Assembly (NCBI GenBank): GCA_964019425.1
Contig: OZ025801.1
Location: 434,001-498,000 of the forward strand
Direction of reading: 5' to 3'
DNA from: Flectonema sp. DT1601
Taxonomy: Eukaryota
Length of the DNA stretch: 64,000 bases
The notes beneath the pieces are model-generated. The model had not been told where the DNA came from. It saw nothing but the letters and a program-made list of their open reading frames with translations, and did not search any database. Below are positions 11,789 to 23,381 of the stretch, one piece after another. Position numbers and translations under genes: made by a program. Position 1 is the stretch's first letter; every line of letters starts with the position of its first letter.

Positions 11789-14700
11789 TTACTGCCAATC
11801 AGCAAAATTAGAAAACGGAGTCTGTCCATTTCGTTCTGATAGAATATAAGTCGTAATCAGTCCTTTTCCTTTTGCGTTTATGTTTCTCTTTTTGAAGGTA
11901 AAGAATTCCTGTTTTTTTTTTTTTTTTTTTTTTGCCAACTGATTGAGGGTGAAAAAACCATTTTTTTAACACATACAGAAACAAGTTGCTTAGCTGAGTG
12001 ATGAACAGCTATATTGTCTGGTAGTCCAGTACCACAGAGTCGACTGGCAACGTTAACAGTATCACCCCAAAGATCGTAGGCTACTTTTTTTGAACCGATC
12101 ACTCCAGCTACTGCTGGTCCCGTGTTTATACCACACTTCATACGTAGTTTCGTATCATGGCGTGCGTTGTGTTGATTAAGTGTTTCATAGAAATGTAACA
12201 CCGTATCGACTACTCTTAATGTGTGATCTTCTTTTGTTTTTTCTGTTAATCCACCGCACATGAAGTAAATATCTCCTATCGTTTTAATTTTTTCAAGTTC
12301 AAGCTTATCTGATATTTCATCAAACCTGCTGTATAATTCATTTAAAAATGAAACTATTTGCTTTGCGCTCATATCCTTTGTCACTTCATCGAAGCCGACT
12401 AAGGCGCAAAACGCAACAGTGACCTTGGCGTGATCGTCAGCAATCAAAGCTTCCCCAGCCTTTAATCTTCTTGATATGATAGGAGGTAGGATATTTTGAA
12501 GTAATTTCTCAGATTGTTGTAGTTGTTTTTTCATTTTTTCTTCTTCGTCAATCTTTCCTGAACTGAAGTACTCTGCAATCTCTGGAACGCTTTCCCTCAC
12601 AGCCTCGGGTATCATATTAAGCATCAGCTTGGTACCATCTTCTTCCATCACTAATTGTGATATCATTGGCAGAAAGACACATCGATATTCAAGAATTATG
12701 AACTGGGTTTTTTTTTTTTTCTTTTTTGGTTTTTTTTTGTATCAGACGCACAACACCAATCCTCATGGGGTTATAAATACATACCAATATTGCTGCAATT
12801 GAAATTAAGGAACACCAAACGATGTTTGACTTGACGTTGCCTTCAAAAATGTCTCTAAATCTAGAAGTAGTTGCCTCCAATCCTTGAAGTAAAGGATCCA
12901 GAGCAACGTTTAGCTCGTCAACTTTCATTTGAATTTCAGGGGAAGGAATGGATCGATCTGCTTCATGATGTGCCACGAACTCAATACTTGTTATAAAAGA
13001 TAAAAATAAAGTATCAACAGGGAGCAGCATCTTATTGTCGAAAGGAGCAGCTGTTCCCGGACACACAGAGTACTTTGCTGCTCGATGCTCACTGTAAATT
13101 TTTTTTTTTTTTTTTCCCTCCAAAAAAATAACTTCTTCTCATTCCATCACATTACTAAAGAACAAAAAACACATACGGAGAAGTAGTTGTCATCGCACCG
13201 AATAAACGCTCTTCTTGTGTAGTGTCAGAATGACTATAAGTGTATGAATACAGATCTGATCGAACGCGACGAAGTTCACGAGCGTTTTCAATTAGAAGCT
13301 GTTGTAAAGAGGGTCTGTCGTAACCTGCTTTGGAAATCTTATTTGCGATAACAAGCGACTTTGATGCCATCCATTGAGTTGAAGATGCGAGGTTTAAAAT
13401 CCTGATATCGTCTCTGTCAGTTTCTAATCCTGTAAACAACACAACAAATAATAACGTCGATAAAACTACAACAAAACTCAACGCAATTCGACATCTCTTA
13501 GTCATGTCACTGAATAATAATCGATTCAGTTCCATTTTAACTTCTTGTTCTCCAGTTCCAGATCTTGAAAGAGCTTCAATCACCGTTACTAACAACAACA
13601 GTAACCCACAGCCAATAATAATACAGCTTAGAATAGGAACTGCTTTGCAATGAGATATTGCTTTGCTTGAATCATAGTAATCCTCCCATGTATTATGAAT
13701 AATGTCTGAGATTATATAAACATAATCTCTTGATTGCAAAGCCAATGACAAATACCGTCTTGATGAGAATACATATCTAGCCATTGCCGCACGTTCAGAT
13801 GGCAACTTTAACAAATCAGCATCTCTATTCGAGTACATGAGAGGGTGGGTGTAGTCGTCAGCGTACAAAACACTGTCGGTACTAAAACCATCTTCGTTTG
13901 TTAAATTCCATTTTTGATTTAGAATAATTTTAGGAGCAGGGTATAATGGAGGGCCACCTTCCTGAGCAGGTTGATATAAAAGTCTGAATGAAATCCTTTC
14001 AAGCCATCTTGCTTCATCAAAACTACTTCTAGCGAGTTCTAACTTTTCTCTTAGTGATTGTTCGAGATGGCCATGTGGATCTCGTAGGACATCAATTCCG
14101 ACAAGTTTGTCTTCAGTGTTTTGGAGATCATGCGAATTCAGTATATCCCAATACTGCATTTGAGGATAACCATCACTAAATTGAACATAAGAAAAACCTG
14201 TAATGTGAATCCCATCAATCACCTTTAGGATACTTGCTAACGAATCATCTGTTGTAAACATTTTATTGTATTTCACAGTAACATTTTTAATTTCAGTGTT
14301 TATTAGTGCAGTTATAACCATGCATGTCACCGGTAGGAATACTAGAGATAATGTTAAAACTCTTTTAATAATATTTACTCCTATTCTCAATGCCGCTGAA
14401 CATCCCATGACGCTCAGAACAGTACAACAACTAAAAAGAATTAGAGCGATTGAAAGCAAATTGTGAGCTTCGTCATACTGGCTTTGAGCGTCAGCGAGTA
14501 GCCTCGACGATGATGCTTTTTCGAACTCTGAAATTTTTTCATCAAACGATTGAACTAACAGTCTAAAATAATCATCGAACACACAAGATCTTGCCAAACT
14601 ATGCTTTGCTGTGAATACTTCTGATAATACTTTTCTTGTCACCAGAGTGTCAAAAAGAGAACTCCACACATTCATATATACTCCTCCTAATGAGCTAAGC

Positions 14701-17700
14701 CTCGCATTAGCCTGCTCTATGTTTGAATGAGTCGTCACTTCAGAACACATCATCGCTTGGGTTAACATGTTTTTAAAATCTTCATCAGCTCCAGGGAAGG
14801 TTTCCACATCTTTTATAAGAAGTTCGTGATTCTTAGCCCATCTTGTAATTAAAATGAATAATTTTTCTCTATCTGCATCGATGCTTCTGATTACACGAAG
14901 TCCACATTGTATTTGAATTTGAAGCGTTAGGTACGGCTGATAGACTGCTGCATCCCATTCAGTTTTTTCATTTGAATAATCGAGTCCAATGTCAGGTTCT
15001 GTTTCAGCAAATCGAGCATCATACGCATTTTGAACATACGCGTCAGTCGCAAAGATAATTTCAGGTATAGCGTCCAGTGCTTCAATTCTCATTGCTGATT
15101 TCTTATTAGTGAGATCTACGATTGTTCCTAAGTCTCGGTTTGATGACTCAAATAGAGGTTCAGAAAGCCTACCATCTTGTTTTAGAAGAATTTTACCATT
15201 GCGACTCCACTCATCAAGTAGATCTGATAAGTTGGTTGAATTGCTGACATGAAGAAGCTCATCCAAAGAGTTTTTTAATAGTAGACCAGACCTTACAAAC
15301 TGTTGTACTAAATCTCGACTGTATTCCCTCGCGTTTTCATTTGGTAATCCAGTGTCTGCGATACTACTTCGAGATCTTCTCTGAGGTATTAATATTTTTC
15401 TATATGTCGAAAGTTTTTCTTTTGTTAAGAATTCCTCATCCCATTCAAAAGTTGAAAGTTCGGCTTCATCCTGTCTATAGTACTGTCTAGTCAGTTTCAT
15501 TGCCATCTTACATCTATGGTTAATCGTATCAGATATTTCTATTGCTTCATTGATGAGAGTTATTTCCTTTTCTAGCATTCCGTGAGTCCAAAGTTTTTCT
15601 GGAATGTTTAATAAAGCGCCACCATTGATATTTTCTTGATATGCGTCAAAGTGCGTATCATCACCCCATTGGCTAAATAGTCTGGCGCTGGATACAATTG
15701 AGTGAAATGACTGTTTGAAAACTAATGCTCTTTTATGGGATTCTCTTTTCCTTTCGTATGGTTCTTCGAGTGATGTTACAACAGATTGAATTTTAAAAGT
15801 AAGAGCGGTGACAGCAACTGAAAAAGCAGTCAACGCGAGCATAAACAATACGATATTTGTTATCGTTACTGGCTGTTCTGGAGTCGCAGCTCTGTATTCT
15901 TCATCCTCGTTATTCACTTCGCGTGCTGTTTTTTCTCTGCGTTCAATTTGCTCAGGGTTCTCTTCTGTTTCTGGTGCTTCCGATACAGAAATTGTTTCAC
16001 TCGGATCCACTGCTTCTTTTCTCGGCGACAGGTAATTCGCAGAAGTGCTATTTTCATTACTTTTATGTTGCGATAATACCCCTGACTGGAGTCCTTGTTT
16101 AAGAATGATTGCAACAACACTGGTTCGTCTTTCATTGAGTGATTCTAATGCTTGCTGATCAGTCATTGCCATTTGCATTTCTGCAGTTGCTTTTCTTGGT
16201 TCATCGTCCTGTAGTTGGATGTCATCGGTCCTCTTTGATTCTGGTTGTGCTTCCAAGGGAGCAGGTCCTAACTTGCCAAGTATACCATCCATGCCTCTCA
16301 TGTCTTCGTCATTCTCTTTATCAAAAGTTATTAATTTTTGATGAGCCTCTTCACTCGTTGATGACAATGTGATTGACGGTATTAATGTAAACAGTGACAG
16401 AGTTGACATTTTCGATGCCGCAATTTTGTTGAAATTCCAAACAAACATTAAATAAACGACGAAAATGACTAACACTGATGTAATAAAAAGAATGACTGCA
16501 ACAGTTTCAGACGTCGATAAAATTTGATCTGACTCATCCTCAGTAAATGATATAGAAATGTTACAGGCATGAGAAACTGGTCCAGCTAGATTTTCAATCA
16601 GAAATTTTGAATATTTGTGATTGGGAACACTAGCTAGTGCTTGATCCAATAAAATATCGAATGACGCAATAATTAAATTTCCCAACGACCAAAATGAAAT
16701 CGTCCCTCTGTTGTAGTCTGTTGACGTAGAATAGTACCCCAACGACACTGACGGAGTTTGCAAAAACAAAGTTTGAGGAGGATACGTAAAAGCAGCAGAT
16801 CCAAAAGTCAGGCTGTTATGCGCAGCTTCGAGAAGTGATTTTGTTGCTACCAATTTTTGTTTTTTAGATGAATGCATCAACCCCGTAGCATCAGTTACAG
16901 TTTGTTGACTTGTCTCTTCAGTCTCAATATGTTTTATAAACTGCTGTAATGTCACACCTGATCTTTGAAATAGAGTTCTTGCCTGACCTGCTATATAAAC
17001 TTGATCAATTAGGTCTAGCTGTTGCTTCACATATAAATATGCGACTAAGAAGTTTCCAATTAGTAATAGTATCAATGGAATAAACGCAACTCTTATGGTT
17101 AATTGTAGTAGTTGGACAGTACGAGATCCAGCATTATCAATTGATGGTGACATAACTTCATTGATGATCGGAGTATGGACAGCTGCTCCTGTCGTGTCGA
17201 CTGTCGTGCAACCTTCAGAAGCATTTCCTCCACGTCGATTTTTGTGTCTTTTTGTTTCGGATAGGAATTCTATCTGTTCTCGACAGCGATCATAGGCATC
17301 TTTATCCAACATCACTTGAAGTAAAAAGTTTGAAAATTGAGACAAAACCTGAATGTCAGCACTATGCTGAGAAAGTACCAATTTGAATCCATCTCCTGCC
17401 TTCTCTCTCTTGTCAGCTATTTGATTAGCGAGTAGCGCAAGGCCGACTAAATTCACTTTTTTTGATGAAGAAAGTCTTTGCCAAAATTGATACATCAATT
17501 CCAAAGCCTCTTTATGATTCTTTCTAGCTTTAGATAAAGTAGTTGTGTGCGACTTGTCTCTGATGCCAAGACCAGCCTTTAGTCGATTTGACATTTCAAA
17601 AACTTTATACTTCGAGGCGATGGATATACTTTCAGGGACGTTTCCCTCAAGACAACTTAGAAAATTAATAGCAATGTGAGAACGTTCTAAGTATCTTATG

Positions 17701-19091
17701 AGGAATGCAGCGAACTGAACGTGAACTTCTCTGTAGTGTCTAAACTTGACCATTCCTTTAGTGTAAATACGAGATGCCAACGCAAGCATTTTCGATGTGG
17801 GTCGAACACCCACAGTGTTATCCCATAGGATGAGATACCTCGTTGATAATTCAACGTCTGTGTAGAAATAAACGACGTCGATGTATGGAAGTAGAATATC
17901 ATGTTCTTCTTGATTTGCTTGTTCAGTACATGTGTCGTTGTAGTCTTCTCCTTCTTCAATTTCTAACAACCAACCCTCAAGGTCATCAAATTGAGAGAAT
18001 AATTGTTCATTTCCTGGTAACATTCTCGGAAATACTCCGTACTGTCTTGGAGACCAGTCACTACTAACAAGTCTCTTAATCTCTGCTAAGCAATCCCTAC
18101 TAACTCTAAGCATCGTAACATATAATGATAAAACTATTATAACAGGAATACCACACATAAATGTTATAGTTGCGGTATCGTTTGCTGCTAAGCCTTGTTT
18201 TCCTTCGTCTTTTGCGGTAAGGTAACCAATGAGAGAACCCCACCAAACAATACCTAGTACGCATACTTTTATTTTCGTTGTAGTGATATCATAGTATGGC
18301 AGAGACAGTGACAGGAATGCAATATAAATGAGAGTCATCGCCATGACAATAAAACAGTACTCTTGGACCATTCTCTTAGCAAGGAGGAGATGAAAACAAA
18401 GACTCATCGAGATTTTGTATGTCAGAGCCAGCGTATCAACAGAAGAGTTCGCTCTACGCAATGGATGAAGAGAAAAAGGACTGGCGTCATATATCGTAGT
18501 CAAGACGCAAAGAGCACCAGCACATAAAAGAAATATCGCAATCACACCACCAATTAGGGTAGAGATGTGTGTTCCACCCCAGCATTTCGTCTCTGGAAAC
18601 AGCCAAAGCTCATCATTCTCATTGCATATCATTCTTGACAAGAAAATGTTTAAAAAAGGAAACAACAGAGGTGAAACCACCGCGTGAGTGACGCATTTAC
18701 TTATTCTCCTTATTCGTTCATTGAATGAAGCTCTTACTAACAATACAGATACCATAATAATGAAAACGCTAACCCAAAATCCCGCATACGATGCTGGATC
18801 AGATATCGATTGCTGTGATGGATCCCAAAAAGATGACAACAAAGTAAAGTAACAACTCTTACTAATAAAGTCTTTCTTCCATCCAATGTGAGGATTAAGA
18901 ATCATTGCCAAGTGTTGAAACTGATCCCAAGCGATTCCAACTTTTAATAATTTTGGTTTAAACAACACATCTCTCTTACCAGGTTCAAGAGTCTTCAAAA
19001 TAGCGAATAACGCAACTAAACGAGGGTGTAACATGCTTTCCATTGCAGCGAATCCAGTGTTGCTGTCCATGTTTTCTGAGAACATAGCCAT
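11789..19091 (-). CDS. Giant multi-pass membrane class III adenylyl cyclase with a TmcB-like N-terminal TM/helical region; 4 exons (13177-19091, 12785-13091, 11977-12702, 11789-11908), ~2355 aa
   Basis: Three GTATGT...CAG introns join the ORF-track pieces in frame. The C-terminus has SEKLLQNILP, KIKTIGD, GINTGPAVAGVIG, YDLWGDTVNVASR and KGKG..TTY. Many hydrophobic helices. Confidence 0.92.
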
Positions 19092-19641
19092 CTGGTGATT
19101 AATACACTTCTTGGTTGGGAAGAGTAATTATTATTATTATTATTTTTTTTTTTTTTAAAATACAAAATTGCTACCTATTAGAATGTAAAAACAGGGTGGA
19201 GTTCAGTAATATTACTATTTGTGCTTTTCTATTCGAGTTGACGAGCCTGTTAAGGGAGAGTACAGTAATGAAAACAAAAGGGAAAACAACAAGAAAAACA
19301 CGATTGCATCACCGCAGGTATCGTAAGGTGACTTTCTTTTATCTTTCTCAGTAAAAAGCCATTTTATGAAAAAAAGGGAGAACTTTACAGCCTCCGTGTC
19401 AGTGTGGTGATGACAACAGGAAGACCATGCCTTTGGGTAAAGAAAAAAAGCATTGAAACATGTGGTTGTTCAGTTTCAATGAATTTTTTGTTTTCTATTT
19501 ATTCAGAGCGACAGGATTCCTTGTAATAAAAAAATAAATAAAAAAAAGCTAGAGATCGATGCGAGAGAAATTAAACCTTGGCCAAACGCAATAAAAGGTT
19601 TTTACCAAGAAGGCAAAATCAACAGTGTAAGTAGAAACGAG

Positions 19642-19680
<39 letters not shown>

Positions 19681-19985
19681 AGGTGGAATGATCATTGCGT
19701 AGTACTCGTGGGATCTGAAAGCCGATAAGCCAGACCCACATAAAACTAACAAACACTCCGAGGGTGTATAAAACCAAGTGCTAAAACAATTTTTTTTTTT
19801 TTTTTTGGATTCGAGGACATTAGTCGTATTGCAAGGTAAGAGCTACAAGACGACCAGCAAATGAATAAAATAGAAAAAAAACGACTAATGTCATGGAGCC
19901 TTGAAGCATTAAAAGGGGAACGGAAATGCATCATATCAAAGCACAAATGATATAATGTTAGCGTTGGGTATAAAATTATATTGTG

Positions 19986-20107
19986 ATGCTTAATGGTGAT
20001 CTTTTTTGAGAGTAATCCATATACCTCTCGTCTACCTCTATTCTCTCATCATCAGTTATGGTGTAGAAGTAAGTCAGTCCAACCACTGACTGAATCACCA
20101 CAGTTAG
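19986..20107. repeat. Dispersed repeat family A, copy 1 (internally deleted relative to copy 2)
   Basis: Matches 28110-28250 (atgcttaa..ctttttt; gagagtaatccatat; ctctcatcatcagtta.ggtgtagaagtaagtc.gtc; gactgaatcacc; cagttag) but lacks ~23 nt including the tttc segment. Confidence 0.9.
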
Positions 20108-20145
20108 CAAGTTATGAGGGATGAGATGAAGGGGAAAAAGGAATT

Positions 20146-20582
20146 CTAAAGAGACATAATCGTACCAGATGCGGTGCTTCCGCTAAATACGATGTCGGAA
20201 TAGACTCCTTCTGGTGTCCTACTCGTTCCTGAATCAGACCTTTTCGAATAAAGTCTAAGCAAGTCGGTATCCTCGTGAATAATCTGAGCCTGTTAGTTAG
20301 TATCATTAATTTTAGTATAGAGATTAGTAAAAGAAAAGTATTCATTTCTGCAGTTTCCTAACATTTAGGGCAAAACTGTTTGATTTACTAATACGCGATC
20401 GGATTCCGCGATTCGCAAGATGTTCGATCCGAAGTTTGGAAGACACTTCCGGAGGTACTTCAGGTAGTCCGAGGATGTCGAGAAGGTAATGATATTGCTT
20501 GCACTGCGGGGAAAGCTTCCCTTTTCTCGTATTCTGAAGTGGAAAGTGTCTTGCCGATGTCTGGACTCTGTTTGCCAATAAT
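20146..20582 (-). pseudogene. Possible gene fragment of two putative exons with no supported start
   Basis: The open frame ...QDTFHFRIRE...ESDRVL joins AQIIHEDTDLL...IMSL* in phase through a putative intron 20290-20388 (GTAAAT...TACTAACTAACAG). The frame is closed upstream. Confidence 0.3.
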
Positions 20583-21112
20583 CTGAGGGGGTTGACAAAC
20601 CGGAACCAACCAAAATCCACATCGCGTCCGTCAGACAACTGCGGCCTGCTGGGCAAGGGAGTACAGGAACTGCCGAAATGGTGTCGTCAGGCGGGACAAG
20701 ATGGACGAGCCAGTTCAGGTTGCTCAGCCTTCGTTTTCTCAAGACAGTATTGTTGGATTCGTTCAGCAAGAGTCTGAATGATTCGGCAGCACCACCTGCA
20801 AAAGTTAAGGCTGTTGCAGATATTCTCGCCAGGCGTCGATGCTACGGTGGAAGCAAGAAGCTGCGAACGACAGACGAGATGAGGTGTGGGACCAAGCAGC
20901 GCGGGGAATGAAGATACTGGAATCCATCGTCGATAAAGTGGCAGACCTCGGTGAGGAAGAAGTCGGTTGTTGAGCAGCTGTATTCCCGTGTGACAAGTGT
21001 GCTCGCAATAGTGAAGGAGAACTGCCTGAGTTAGCTATCTAATCTTGTGGTACAGCATCCTGAACTCAGTATCCCCTTCTACTTTGTCTGTAGTGTTCAC
21101 GAAAAAAGAAAA

Positions 21113-22531
21113 TCATATACATACCGGAGATGGACAGGTAGCTTCACTAACTGACTGCGAATTCAACCACGGGTGGTGCAGAAGCATTCTTGCGGATGCT
21201 CTCTTCTTTGGATCAGGATTGAGGCAAAGTTCCAAGAAACTGTTACAGTTTCCCGAGTATTGTACTGGAAATTCACAAAGAAGAGGCATCGTTCTACAAG
21301 AAATATAAAACATTGCCTGTAGATGATTATCGAATATTGGCCATGGGGTATCACCCTCATTTAGTACTTCATAACACACAATACCAGTTGACCAGATATC
21401 TGACATGTCTGTGTATGTTGTGTGAGACATGTTTGAAATAATCTCAGGTGCCATCCATAAAGGAGTTCCTACTACACCAGTAGAATATGTAATTTCTGAG
21501 TCATAATGAATGCAGGTACCAAAGTCTCCTAACTTAACGTTGCCATCAGCTCCAAGTAGTATATTATCTCCTTTGATGTCTCGGTGAAGTAATTCTTTTG
21601 CGTGAAGATACCTAAGACCCTCCAGTGTCTGTCTGATGTATTTTATCGCTGCAGATTCTTTCAATGGAGTACCAAGACGTCTAACCAAATGACCAAGTGA
21701 ACCCCCCGGCATATATTCCATAAAAATATGGAGTTCATTCTCACTAATGTCATATCTGCATCCAAGACTGCATACGATACGAGGGTGTTGAAGCCCAGAT
21801 ATTATTTTAAATTCCTTTGTTACAGTGTTAAGTTGTTCATCTTTTAAATTTCCTCCTAATAAAATAACTTTTACAGCAATCATTGAACCATCAGGACACA
21901 CTCCTAGAAATACTTTTGCGAAGCTACCTCTGCCAAGTAGCTTTCCTCGTTGCCAAGATTTGGGAGGACAGATTTCAGTGTTTTCAGGGATTGGTATGGC
22001 AGTTGATGATGAAGATTTCCATCTTTGGGATAAAATGATAAAAACTGCTAAAGGAATACATATATACAACAACCAGATGTTTCTGGTTGTGATAAGATCA
22101 TCACCACCACTGTTATGAGACGCGACAGTGTTCTCAACGTTATCAGAAAGTTCGGTTTCCGTTATAGTTGGCAGTGATTGAGTGATGGAACTACTAAATG
22201 TTTCAGTTGTATTGATAAGTTTCCATGAACTGTTGATGGTCAGAATTCGTTTAGCCCAACCCGATAATTTATTATTCATCGTGCAGTTAGGCGGAAACAT
22301 AAAGCAGTTCCTTCCTCCTTCAAACCAATGAATAAAACCACAATCAACATCTGCATTACATTGTCTCTTACACTTGTCTAAGTCACTGAAGCTGATTGGT
22401 ATGGCGGTGTCTGTTGTGTGGTCAAAACACGTTTTCGTAGTCTTTATCCATCTTCCAACTGGTGTAGCATCTCCTTTTCCAATAACATATCCTAACAACA
22501 CTCCTAATAACAACCAGTGGATAGGTCTCAT
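21113..22531 (-). CDS. Receptor-like kinase: signal peptide, PAN/apple-like Cys domain, TM helix, STE11/MAP3K-type kinase
   Basis: MRPIHWLLLGVLLG signal; C..CKRQC....CGFI...C..C ectodomain; IWLLYICIPLAVFIIL TM; WQRGKLLGRGSFAKV, IFMEYMPGGSL, HRDIKGDNIL, DFG, GTPLWMAPE. Confidence 0.92.
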   Translation of the reverse strand: MRPIHWLLLGVLLGYVIGKGDATPVGRWIKTTKTCFDHTTDTAIPISFSDLDKCKRQCNADVDCGFIHWFEGGRNCFMFPPNCTMNNKLSGWAKRILTINSSWKLINTTETFSSSITQSLPTITETELSDNVENTVASHNSGGDDLITTRNIWLLYICIPLAVFIILSQRWKSSSSTAIPIPENTEICPPKSWQRGKLLGRGSFAKVFLGVCPDGSMIAVKVILLGGNLKDEQLNTVTKEFKIISGLQHPRIVCSLGCRYDISENELHIFMEYMPGGSLGHLVRRLGTPLKESAAIKYIRQTLEGLRYLHAKELLHRDIKGDNILLGADGNVKLGDFGTCIHYDSEITYSTGVVGTPLWMAPEIISNMSHTTYTDMSDIWSTGIVCYEVLNEGDTPWPIFDNHLQAMFYISCRTMPLLCEFPVQYSGNCNSFLELCLNPDPKKRASARMLLHHPWLNSQSVSEATCPSPVCI

Positions 22532-23381
22532 TGTTTAAACCGCATGTGTAATTAGTGCAGTTTCTGTGGAGAGAGAAAAAAGCATTAAATAAAACTGACC
22601 AACGACGTTCGAAGATGCTTTGAAGGTCATGTGTTGTATTAACAGATTGCTATGTTAAAAAAAAATATATGTTATTTTAAATTAAGATACTGTTAAGGTA
22701 CATATAGAGCAATTTATGCACGACATAGTCAACACCGGCAACACCATTCCTTGTAAATACGAAGCGACATCGTATTAATAGAGCAATAGGCAGGACAGAA
22801 ATCCTCGCTTTGCGCAGTGTAACAGATAGTCGAGAATTGACTAAGATCAATCCGTTTTTTTTTTTTTTTTTTTTTAAATTCAAATTTGAGAAAAGACGGG
22901 GTAAGAGTGTAAGACAAAACGGGAGAGAGGAAAAACCCATTCAGGTGTGTCTTATAAATTTGGCGTATCGCTGCAAATAATAATAAGAGGGGTTCAAACT
23001 TTGAAAATGTAAACAGGTACTAAAAATAAAATTAATGTCAAAGTACCTTGACTGGAAAAAAAAATTTTTTTATTTGTTAGTCAAAGAAAAGGTACGTTTG
23101 GAAAAAAGAAAACAAAAAAAAAGGGGGGGGGAAAACGAAAAAACGACGGAAATCGTTAATTTTGCTGGAAAGGATGCGTTTAGGAGAGAAAAAGGACAAT
23201 ACCTGCACAAGTGTGTAAATGCTTTTCTGTATAAATATTCAAGACAACATTCGTCACCAGAGGCCCCCAGAAGAAAGTATTTACAGCATCGGGTTTCGAA
23301 GCACAGGACTAGTTGTTGTGGTGTTAAAGAAGAAAAATGTAAATATAAGTTATGCGTTTTTTTTTTTTTTCCCATTTTTTA

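Noticed and set aside
20060..20075. ggtgtagaagtaag resembling an LSU rRNA segment (possible snoRNA guide target)
   Set aside because: The match is short and imperfect, and the box C/D order does not fit.
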